The notes under the pieces are model-generated. The model saw nothing but the letters and a program-made list of their open reading frames with translations, was not told the DNA's origin and did no database searches. Below, piece by piece: positions 1-7,740 of a stretch of 64,000 nt of DNA. The stretch covers positions 223,641 through 287,640 of the forward strand of contig CAWBKD010000005.1 in NCBI GenBank assembly GCA_963789225.1, read 5' to 3'. The translations under genes and the position numbers were made by a program. The number at the start of each line of letters is the position of its first letter. Position 1 is the first letter of the stretch. The DNA comes from an uncultured Actinomycetes bacterium. GTDB lineage: Bacteria > Actinomycetota > Actinomycetes > Streptosporangiales > Streptosporangiaceae.

Positions 1-322
1 TCAGGCCGTAATAAGGCAGGCGCCATACCTGGTCCGGTTCGTAACCCGGATGCTCGCTGCCCGCCACGAAATGCGTTTCTTCGGCCGGGTCGAGCTTGTC
101 GAACTCCGCTTTGGTACAGCTCAGCCGGATCCCATCCGCTGTCACCGCGGCGAGGCCCACCGGGACGAGCCGGTCAATATAGTGCCCATGCTCGTGCTTC
201 GGGCCTACTACTAGATGAGTGATCGCTTGGCCGACCGGGTTGACGACCACGCGGATTACCTCACCGCAGTCCCCATCGGTACAGCTGGCGCTGGCCCCGA
301 TGGCGAACGTTGTTCCTGTCAT
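1..322 (-). CDS. hypothetical protein (N-terminal part only; the gene runs off the left edge); PRC-barrel-like family suspected
   Basis: Absent from the ORF track because no stop lies in the window. Hand translation from ATG (complement of 320-322) gives MTGTTFAIGASASCTDGDCGEVIRVVVNPVGQAITHLVVGPKHEHGHYIDRLVPVG... An AAGGAGG Shine-Dalgarno sits 8 nt upstream. The frame stays open to the window edge. Confidence 0.55.
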   Translation of the reverse strand, partial: MTGTTFAIGASASCTDGDCGEVIRVVVNPVGQAITHLVVGPKHEHGHYIDRLVPVGLAAVTADGIRLSCTKAEFDKLDPAEETHFVAGSEHPGYEPDQVWRLPYYGL

Positions 323-471
323 CGGCCCGACCTCCTTGTTCCCTGGATGGTAGCGCCGTCAGACCCCATTTGCCGACAGGGGTGATCAGTCGCCCAAGCG
401 GGCTCCCAAGCGGCGAGCGGTTCCGCGAATCTGATCGACAAGCTGCTGGGCCTGGCGCAAGACTCTTAGCC

Positions 472-1068
472 ATGAGTGAAGCGGATGAAAAGCAGGCGTT
501 GCATCGGTTTCTGCGGTACGCGCGCGGGGCTCTGCTCTGGAAACTCGAGGGGCTGTCTGATTACGACGTCCGGCGGCCGATGACGCCATCCGGTACTAAC
601 CTGCTCGGGCTGGTCAAGCACTGCGCGGGGGTGGAATGCGGGTACTTCGGCCCGGTGGTTGACCGGCCGTTCCCGGGCATGGACGACCTGGACTGGCATG
701 AGGCTGAGCTGAGCGGTGGCATGTATGCCTCCGAGGCCGAATCACGCGAGCAGGTGACGGAGTTCTACCGGCGGGTGTGGGCGCACTCCGACGCCACGAT
801 CCAGGAGCTGCCACTGGATGCGCGCGGGACCGTGCCATGGTGGCCGGAAGACAACAGGCACCCGACGCTGCATACCCTGCTCGTACACACGATCCAGGAG
901 ACCGCGCGGCACGCCGGGCATGCGGACATCATCAGGGAATCCATCGACGGTGCTGTCGGGCTGCGTGAGGGCGTCGCTGGCATGCCGGAAGCCGATGCCG
1001 CCGCCTGGAAACAGCGCTACGACAAGCTGGAAAGCATCGCCCGCTCCGCCCGCTCCACGGCACCGTGA
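472..1068 (+). CDS. DinB/DUF664 (mycothiol-dependent transferase-like) family protein
   Basis: ORF 310..1068. The family-typical N-terminus begins at ATG 472 (MSEADEKQALHRFLRYARGALLWKLEGLSDYDVRRPMTPSGTNLLGLVKHCAGVE). The C-terminal region has the motif TARHAGHADIIRE. Confidence 0.8.
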   Translation: MSEADEKQALHRFLRYARGALLWKLEGLSDYDVRRPMTPSGTNLLGLVKHCAGVECGYFGPVVDRPFPGMDDLDWHEAELSGGMYASEAESREQVTEFYRRVWAHSDATIQELPLDARGTVPWWPEDNRHPTLHTLLVHTIQETARHAGHADIIRESIDGAVGLREGVAGMPEADAAAWKQRYDKLESIARSARSTAP

Positions 1069-1520
1069 CAGGACGGGACCATGCCATCGCGGCGGTGATC
1101 GGCAAGGCTCAGTCCCGTGCCTTTGCCTGCTCGTCCCCTGAGCGGGCCATCTCCGCATCTGAGCCCAGCCGCGACGGCACGACAGGCAATCGCACCTTAA
1201 TCGCGGGTCAATGCCGTGCTGGCACGCTGCTGCTTAGTGAGCGTCTGATGATTCGCTGGGCGGGTGAGGCGGCGGGTCATCAGGCGATCATGGCCCACAA
1301 GATCATGGCTTCGTGGCTGGCGGGCAGGGACTAGTTGGTCGGCCTCAGGCCCCAGCGGCCGCGCCGGTAGGTATCCCTTCATCATCCCTCCGCCTTCCGA
1401 CCGGAGCCTGCTCCTCGTCCCCGAAGGCAGCGGGGATTCCGCGGTCAACTCCATCGAGGCGCGCCTAGCGCGCCTGGACCGACGCCTAACGTTTACTCGC
1501 TAGTCATGAAGAGGGGCCCT

Positions 1521-2003
1521 ATGTACCAGCCCTACCCGACCGGTGCGAGGATGCCGGTCACGTCGCGCCCGCCCGTTCCGCGCTCGGTCGCCAACGCCGT
1601 CAAGGTCATGTACGTCGGCGCGCTCACCAACATCCTCGCCATCGTCATCAACGTCGTCACGGTCAGCGCCACCACGCGCGCCTTGGAGAAGAGATTCCCG
1701 AACCTGTCGGTGAGCGAGCACCGCCTAGTCGCCGGGTACATCATCGCCGGCCTGATCTACGCCGCCGTCTGGATCGTCCTGGCCCGGCTGTGCCGCAGCG
1801 GCAGGAACGGGGCGCGGATCACCGGGACGGTGCTGTTCGGCCTGGCCACCCTCGACACGCTCGCCATCGGCTCCGGCGCCATCCCGGATGCCAGCGCGGC
1901 CAGGGCCTGGGCGCCGGTCATCTGGCTGGTCGGCCTGGTCGCGGTGGTCTTCCTGTGGCAACGGAGCTCGACCAACTTCTTCAAAGGCATACCGCCCCGA
2001 TAA
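1521..2003 (+). CDS. small integral membrane protein (hypothetical)
   Basis: ORF 1506..2003. GAGGGG lies 6 nt before in-frame ATG 1521, whereas ATG 1506 has no SD. A Pro-rich N-terminus is followed by hydrophobic helices (VMYVGALTNILAIVINVV, YIIAGLIYAAVWIVLA, VLFGLATLDTLAI, VIWLVGLVAVVFLW). Confidence 0.7.
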   Translation: MYQPYPTGARMPVTSRPPVPRSVANAVKVMYVGALTNILAIVINVVTVSATTRALEKRFPNLSVSEHRLVAGYIIAGLIYAAVWIVLARLCRSGRNGARITGTVLFGLATLDTLAIGSGAIPDASAARAWAPVIWLVGLVAVVFLWQRSSTNFFKGIPPR

Positions 2004-2451
2004 TTGAAGTCGATCACCTGGTCGAGCGCTTCCGGCGCGGTGACCGCATGATTTCCCTGACCTGTGCGTCCGCCGGGGAGTCAAGGGCAGCGATGGACTC
2101 AGCGAGGTTGGCGAAGAGCGCGGCGAGCCCACGCGCCGGTGGGACCATACGCAATTGCGCCGGGCGTTTCCGCGGAAACGCCCGGGGCATCTGTCCTGGC
2201 CCGCGACACCTACGGCGGCAGGGCCGGCCAATACGGCGGAACCGGTGAGATCTTGACTCAACCTGAGTGGTCGGCCGGCGGATACCAGGAAGCAGGACCG
2301 TGAATTGCCCCGGCCTCCCCTCCTCTCATCGCTGCTTCCTTTACCGCATCAGCCGCGTGACTACGGGAGCCCGAACGGGCGTCATGTCCCGCCTGCGCTC
2401 GTTGCCCCGCGGTCAGAGTCACGCTTGAGCTGGAGGGGCGGGCGCGTACAC

Positions 2452-2655
2452 TCAGCGGGCCTCCCCATCTTGGTTTTGCAGTACGAATTCACCGACTAGC
2501 GCCGAGTATTCTTCCGCTTGCTCCAGCTGCACGAAGTGCCCGGAATGATCGAACACTTCGACCCGGCCGTGCGGCACCTGGTCCCGGAAGGCGTCGATCT
2601 GCTCTGGCGACGTGACCAGATCGGACACGTGGATACGGTGCGGCTGCACCCGGTC
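2452..2655 (-). pseudogene. alpha/beta hydrolase, C-terminal fragment only
   Basis: The last ~65 aa of ORF 2452..2985 read HVSDLVTSPEQIDAFRDQVPHGRVEVFDHSGHFVQLEQAEEYSALVGEFV, matching the catalytic-His GH region and tail of the fold. The rest of the ORF has no hydrolase features and is antisense to an integrase fragment. Confidence 0.55.
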
Positions 2656-2659
2656 CCGG

Positions 2660-2796
2660 CGCTCGGGCGTAAGCGGATGGCCAAGCTGACCGTGGCGGAT
2701 CTTGACCGGCTGTGGAAGGCGAAGCGGGAGGCGGGCTACAGCCCGAACAGCATCCGGATCATGCGGACGGTGCTGCACCACCTCTTCCTCCAGGGG
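2660..2796 (+). pseudogene. tyrosine recombinase (phage-type integrase), N-terminal core-binding domain fragment
   Basis: Within ORF 2518..3075: KLTVADLDRLWKAKREAGYSPNSIRIMRTVLHHLFLQG, a typical SAM-like-domain motif of actinobacterial integrases. Similarity stops near 2796. Confidence 0.55.
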
Positions 2797-3001
2797 ACTT
2801 TCACCCCCAATCGATCGCCCATGCCGGGCGTACTCAATGGTGGCCCAAGGCCATTTCCGGAGGAAACGCGAAGCGCCATTGACGGTGGAGGGGTGCCGCC
2901 GCACACTCAGCGGGCCATCCACGGATCTAAGCCTCGCAGGAGTCTTGAACCTGGTTTTGTCGTATACAGGGCGGCTATTCCGCATCTGTTCTGGCGCAAT
3001 T

Positions 3002-3601
3002 TCACCAAACCCCGGGTATCAGCCGCTTATGTACGGCTGCATAACGGCGATACGGCTCACCCAGAGAGGTTATGAGAGCTCGCTCCTCGAAATGTATCCG
3101 TGCGATCAGGCCGACGGTCGGCACGATCACGAGGACGGCTATCGAGATGACATTGGTAAGAGCTAGCCCAAAACCGACGAAGAAGATAATCAACCCGCTG
3201 TATGAAGGATGACGCACCCAGCGGTAAGGGCCTGTGTCGATGACAGGTTGCTGCGCCGACACGCGCAGGTCGCCAGTGAAGAAACGCCCGAGCGTAAAGA
3301 TCGACCACTGCCGCACGAAGATGCCCAAGGCCATCAGCACCAGGCCGATGACGAATACGGGCCATCGACCGGCACGCAGGTCGGCTGAGCCCACGCTGGC
3401 GGCCCCCAGTCCGCCGAGCAGGCCTCCAAGGATCGAGACAACGACGATGACCTGACTCCACGGCTCGACTGCGGTGCTGTCCTGCCGGTGGAGACGACTT
3501 CGAAGGCGCATTACGCCCTCTCCTACAGCGAACAGACCGAACAACGCCCAAAAGGCGACCGCGGCTCCTGGCTGTTGCCATAGCGGCGTCATCGCGAGCA
3601 T
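3002..3601 (-). CDS. isoprenylcysteine carboxyl methyltransferase (ICMT)/phospholipid methyltransferase family membrane protein
   Basis: 199-aa ORF with several TM helices and the family C-terminal signature GPYRWVRHPSYSGLIIFFVGFGL...IHFEERALITSLGEPYRRY. Confidence 0.8.
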   Translation of the reverse strand: MLAMTPLWQQPGAAVAFWALFGLFAVGEGVMRLRSRLHRQDSTAVEPWSQVIVVVSILGGLLGGLGAASVGSADLRAGRWPVFVIGLVLMALGIFVRQWSIFTLGRFFTGDLRVSAQQPVIDTGPYRWVRHPSYSGLIIFFVGFGLALTNVISIAVLVIVPTVGLIARIHFEERALITSLGEPYRRYAAVHKRLIPGVW

Positions 3602-3987
3602 TCCGCTAGCAGGCTGGGGTCGCGCGTATGACCGGTCGAACTGCCAGAGAGCAAGGAGAGCCGACAGGACGGCATCGAGTTCGCGTCATAACTACGACCG
3701 GCACTATCTCGACGGAGAGCACGCACAGCGGCAGCGTAGCGGATCAGCCTTGGAGCGCCTGTCGTGTGACTTGGCCAAGGAGCTAACCGCACCGCTGTTG
3801 TCCGTTGTTCTCGCTGCCGCACCGCGGCGAGCACGGCGGCCTGAACCCACGCCTCAGCTGGCATGCCGGATGATCCGCCCAAATAAGTGGTACCGGATCG
3901 GCTGGGACGGTGCGGGCGCGCCGGGCGGGGCCTCCCAAGGCCAGAGCCCGGCGCGGGGAGCGCCGGACCTGGCGCCGCGCAGCGGCG

Positions 3988-4688
3988 CCGCTTGTCCGCA
4001 ATGTGGCCCGGCTTGTCAAACCGCCCGAGCATACCTCGCGTGAGCGTGAGACCTGGAGCAAGGCGGAGGTCAGGAAGTTCCTGGCCAAGGCGTCCTCTGA
4101 CCGGCTGTACGTTGCATGGCGCCTCTCGCTGTATGGCCTTCGCCGCGGTGAGGTGCTCGGCCTGCGCTGGTCGGATATCGATCTGCGGGCTAGGACGCTC
4201 ATCGTCAATGAGTCACGGGTGCTGGTCGAGTACCGGGTCCGCATCGAGGAGCCGAAGTCCCATAACGGCAAGCGGACGCTGCCGCTCGACGGCGAACTGG
4301 TGGCCGCGTTGACCGCATTGCGTAAGCGCCAGCTGGAGGAGATCACAATCGGGGGCACCTCCTACGGATCCGGAGTCGTTGAACTGGACTGGTACCTGGG
4401 CGGCGAGTACGTGATCACCGACGAGGCCGGGACTCCCGTTCATCCTGAGTGGTACTCCGATGAGTTCCGCCGTCTGCTCAGGCGGGCTGGACTGCGGAGG
4501 ATCACCCTGCACGACTCGCGTCACACGCCGTGACGCTTATGGAGCACGCGGGCGTACCGATCTCGATTATCAGCAAGTGGGCGGGTCACTATGACTCGGC
4601 GTTCACGCAGAAGACCTACGTCCACGCACGCGAGGAGGACCTGCAACGGGGCCAAGCCGCGCTCGCCAGGATTCACAAGATCGCTTAG
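3988..4688 (+). pseudogene. tyrosine recombinase catalytic domain, frameshifted (continuation of the 2660-2796 fragment)
   Basis: ORF 3910..4533 reads PLVRNVARLVKPPE...RLSLYGLRRGEVLGLRWSDIDL...ITLHDSRHTP, then a stop. The next frame continues TLMEHAGVPISIISKWAGHYDSAFTQKTYVHA (His-x-x-Gly and the catalytic Tyr) to TAG 4686-4688. One extra base near 4527 would restore RHTAVTLMEHAG. Confidence 0.8.
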
Positions 4689-4779
4689 GGTTGTGAGAAA
4701 TTGTGAGACGCCAAGGTCCAGGACGAGGACTCAGCTCCTTGGCAAGTTCCGAGGATGGGGCTCTGGCCTGGGGTTTCGG

Positions 4780-4855
4780 TGGCGCGCTCGGAGGGACTCG
4801 AACCCCCAACCTTCTGATCCGTAGTCAGATGCTCTATCCGTTGAGCTACGAGCGC
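4780..4855 (-). tRNA. tRNA-Arg (anticodon ACG), CCA encoded
   Basis: The reverse complement GCGCTCGTAGCTCAACGGATAGAGCATCTGACTACGGATCAGAAGGTTGGGGGTTCGAGTCCCTCCGAGCGCGCCA folds as a cloverleaf: 7-bp acceptor stem, GCTC/GAGC D stem, TCTGA/TCAGA anticodon stem, loop CTACGGA, and a TTCGAGT T loop. Confidence 0.93.
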
Positions 4856-5207
4856 AGTTCTTGCAGCATACTGCGTCCAGAGCCCTGGTCACGCCCAGTT
4901 CAGACCCGTCCGGGCCCATGCACAGCGAGATTAAGGATCTGATTCTCAGATCCTAAGTCCGCTCAGAGTGGGCTGTACCGTCCGATCGTCTACCGGCCTA
5001 CCAGGCCGATGTGGAGGTCGTTGTAGCGGTTGTCGTGGATCCCGATCCGCGTTGCCGCGATGTTGAGACCGGCGCTGCAGCGAGAGTAATGACGATCTGG
5101 CTTGACTACACGGAACGTATGTAACTAATCGAGCATTCCGGTTGATCGCCGGGAGTTCCTGTGCTCTCCTATCCGCGTGAGCCGTCGGGCTGCGCAGCGG
5201 TTGGGGG

Positions 5208-6347
5208 GTGGCGGCTGTGGCTCAAGACGATCGCCCTCTGACCCCGAGTCGAGGCGTCCTGATGGATGCTGCGCCACCGGTCTCGGCAAAGCCATCGTGG
5301 AGCCGGGTCCTCGCCACCACCATCAGGCTACGGGTGCAGCGGCTGCACCGCGCAGGTTCCCGGCCCTGGCGTGCACCCAGGTGGCCGGGCCGGACCTGGT
5401 CCCGTGGACGCTCCAAGCGCTTGCTGACCACTTGGCGCCTAGCCGTTGTCTTGGTGGTCCTGGCAGTCATCGCCGGAGCCGCCGTCAGGTTCGCGGAGAC
5501 CTCTCTCCGTGCCAAGCTGCCGCCTTCGGCGGCCAGCTCTGACCCCAGCAGGGGTAACGGCGAACCTTCCCAGGTACAGGCCGCAGTCTGGATTGCCCAC
5601 CAAGTGACCAGCGCCGCGACGGTCGCGTGCTATCCCGTGATGTGTACCGCGTTGTTGCAGCAGGGCGTCGCGGCGGACCGCCTGGTGCCGTTGCGGACCG
5701 GGTTGGCCGGCCCGATAGATGCCAGCGTGATCGCGGCATCCCCGTCGGTCAGCAGCCAGGTCGCCGACCATTATGCGCCTGCGCTGATCGCGAGCTTTGG
5801 TTCGGGCGCCACCCGGATCGAGGTCCGCGCGGTTGAGCCCGGCGGGACGGCGGCCTACGAGTCCGCGCTGCAGGCCGACCTGGCCGCCCGCAAGAGCGCC
5901 GGATCCCAGCTGCTCAGGAACTGGCATATCCAGTTCACCGGTCGGGAGGCGGCACAACTGCGGGCGGGCGAGGTGGACTCGCGCCTGCTGGCGACGCTCG
6001 CGGCGCTGGCGACCCAGTACTCATTCCGCGTCACCGCTTTCGGTGATGCCTCGCCCGGCGTTCGAGCGGTGTTCCGCGAAGCATCCATCTCTCCTGGCGG
6101 GGGGGACGGAGCAGCCGAGCTTGTGGGGGCCGAGGCCCTGGTGAACGAGCAGGATCCTCCGTTCCTGCCTGCTTATGTCGCCATCGGCCACCCGGCCGCC
6201 GACCAGGCCACGTTGAGCATCGAATTCGACGCGCCGAGCCCGCTGGGATTGCTGTCACCGACCCTCGAGGTTGACCGACAGCACTCGGCTGCAAGCACGA
6301 CCGTGATCGCTGGCCCGCTTCCGCTGGGATGGGCACGAATAAGTTGA
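5208..6347 (+). CDS. hypothetical membrane-anchored protein
   Basis: 379-aa ORF. An Arg-rich N-terminus is followed by one TM helix (LAVVLVVLAVIAGAAV) and a ~280-aa extracytoplasmic region. The start is uncertain (GTG 5208). No recognisable catalytic motif. Confidence 0.6.
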   Translation: MAAVAQDDRPLTPSRGVLMDAAPPVSAKPSWSRVLATTIRLRVQRLHRAGSRPWRAPRWPGRTWSRGRSKRLLTTWRLAVVLVVLAVIAGAAVRFAETSLRAKLPPSAASSDPSRGNGEPSQVQAAVWIAHQVTSAATVACYPVMCTALLQQGVAADRLVPLRTGLAGPIDASVIAASPSVSSQVADHYAPALIASFGSGATRIEVRAVEPGGTAAYESALQADLAARKSAGSQLLRNWHIQFTGREAAQLRAGEVDSRLLATLAALATQYSFRVTAFGDASPGVRAVFREASISPGGGDGAAELVGAEALVNEQDPPFLPAYVAIGHPAADQATLSIEFDAPSPLGLLSPTLEVDRQHSAASTTVIAGPLPLGWARIS

Positions 6348-6358
6348 GAGGCAAGCAC

Positions 6359-7243
6359 ATGAAATTCCTCAGGCATCTGGCCAAGCTGGCCACGATCACC
6401 ACGCTGCTCGGAGGTCCTGCTGTCCTGGTCTGCGCGGCATCGCCCGCAGCATCCGCCGCAACTGTGGCTTCCGCGTCGCCCGCGGCCGCGCAGGACGGAT
6501 GGGTCCGCATCGCCCACCTGTCCCCCGAGGCCCCGGCCATGGACATGTACCTGTATCCGTTCGGTAACCCAGGAGACCTTATCGTCCTGAGGGACGTCAG
6601 GTACGGCGATGTTTCTGCTTACCAGGCGCTGAGCCCCGGCGAGTACACGGTGGCGATGCGGGGCTTCGGCGCGCCTGAAACCAGCAAGCCCGCGCTGACC
6701 ACGAGTTTTATGGTGAGCTCGCATGCGGCCTACACCGTGGCGGCCCTCGGCCCCGACCCTGGCCTGCGGGTGGAGGTGCTGCACGACCAGATGACCGCAC
6801 CGGCGGGCAAGGCCCTGGTCCGGGTGTTCCAGGCGTCACTCAGCGAGCCTAGTGTGACGGTCAGCTACGGAACTGACGTTCTTGCGCGACAACTGGCCTT
6901 CGGAGCGGCCACGCCTTACACGGCCCTCTCACCGGGCGAGGAGACGGTCAGGTTCAGCGCGTCGGGCAAGGACGCCAGTATGCCGGTCAAGCTGACAGCC
7001 AACACGATTCACACCATCGTGGTGCTCGATGACTCTTCCGGGCTGGAAGTCGACGCCTGGACGGACGCTGTGGGCAGCCAGATCATGCCCAACGGCGGAG
7101 CCAACACCGGTTTCGGCGGGACCGCGCCGCACCCGCCCGCGAGTCCCGTGCCCTGGCTGCTAACCATGACATTCGGGGCGGTGCTGACCTGGGTGGGCTA
7201 CACCGGGCTGCGCCGTTCACGCCGCACCGCCGCAGTCTGCTAG
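6359..7243 (+). CDS. DUF4397 domain-containing secreted protein with C-terminal membrane anchor
   Basis: ORF 6329..7243. ATG 6359 gives a signal peptide (MKFLRHLAKLATITTLLGGPAVLVCAASPAASA). Family-typical WVRIAHLSPEAPAMDMYL and repeated beta-rich modules follow. The C-terminus has GGANTGFGG, a TM helix and RRSRR. Confidence 0.75.
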   Translation: MKFLRHLAKLATITTLLGGPAVLVCAASPAASAATVASASPAAAQDGWVRIAHLSPEAPAMDMYLYPFGNPGDLIVLRDVRYGDVSAYQALSPGEYTVAMRGFGAPETSKPALTTSFMVSSHAAYTVAALGPDPGLRVEVLHDQMTAPAGKALVRVFQASLSEPSVTVSYGTDVLARQLAFGAATPYTALSPGEETVRFSASGKDASMPVKLTANTIHTIVVLDDSSGLEVDAWTDAVGSQIMPNGGANTGFGGTAPHPPASPVPWLLTMTFGAVLTWVGYTGLRRSRRTAAVC

Positions 7244-7335
7244 GAATGGGAGAATTTTAAGCGTCTGATTCGGTTGCACACCCGGTCGGCCGTCATCTGG
7301 CTCTTCCCGGTTCAGCTCGGCGGGAAACGAGAAAC

Positions 7336-7375
7336 GATCTGTAGTCAGATGCTCTATCCGCTGGGCTACGAGCTC
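7336..7375 (-). pseudogene. tRNA-Arg 5'-half pseudo-copy (acceptor 5' strand through the anticodon loop)
   Basis: 36 of 40 positions are identical to 4816-4855, including an exact 20-mer gtagtcagatgctctatccg. The anticodon position reads ACA, and no T arm or 3' acceptor strand follows. Confidence 0.7.
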
Positions 7376-7442
7376 CGACGCTTATCGCGGACGCGCCAGC
7401 CGAGCATGGTGTACCCAGCGTGCGCCACCTGTCCGTCCGCCG

Positions 7443-7631
7443 TCACGCGGGCATCGGGCCGTTGGCGTCCAGTACCACCGCGAAGTCGCCGTGTTCGAGT
7501 ACCCGCAGGCCGAGTGTCTGCTCGTAGAAGACCCGCGCCCAGTCCAGGTCGGTCGCGGCACAAAGGCCGCTAGGTCGCTCGACTCCGGTATGGCGTGTCC
7601 TCAGCGGTAGGGCGTGGCGCGCATCGATCAT
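7443..7631 (-). pseudogene. glyoxalase/VOC family protein, N-terminal fragment
   Basis: From ATG 7631: MIDARH...LCAATDLDWARVFYEQTLGLRVLEHGDFAVVLDANG. This is the first beta-alpha-beta-beta-beta module of a VOC fold. It stops after ~62 aa, about half a domain, next to the tRNA fragment. Confidence 0.4.
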
Positions 7632-7740
7632 ACGAGGTCCCAACTTCTTCGGGCGCAGAAACGTCCTATGGGGCGTTACGCGGCGTTTCTCGCGCTTGGG
7701 CGGGATCTGGATCGTTAGCATTACTGCCGGTAAGGGTCAC

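Larger units (their letters stand above)
2656..4779. mobile_element. decayed integrative element remnant abutting the 3' end of tRNA-Arg
   Basis: Integrase pieces at 2660-2796 and 3988-4688 end 92 nt from the tRNA 3' end. The left edge truncates a hydrolase gene. No att repeat was found by eye. Confidence 0.5.

Noticed and set aside
1197-1454. Minus-strand ORF with GGAGGG directly before ATGATG (MMKGYLPARPLGPEADQLVPARQPRSHDL...) in the DinB-to-membrane-protein spacer.
   Set aside because: The SD spacing is too short, the composition is basic and low-complexity, and no family resemblance was seen. Possibly a remnant.
2017-2150. Minus-strand fragments ...RGLAALFANLAESIAALDSPADAQVREIM and, in another frame, VTAPEALDQVIDFN, suggesting a frameshifted gene remnant.
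   Set aside because: Too short and without a recognisable family. Noted only as evidence that 2004-2451 is decayed DNA.
2844-3943. 10-bp direct repeat CCCAAGGCCA (2844-2853 and 3934-3943) near both edges of the block that interrupts the integrase.
   Set aside because: The copies lie ~45 nt inside the block, not at the integrase junctions. Joining them would not restore the reading frame. A chance match in GC-rich DNA cannot be excluded.
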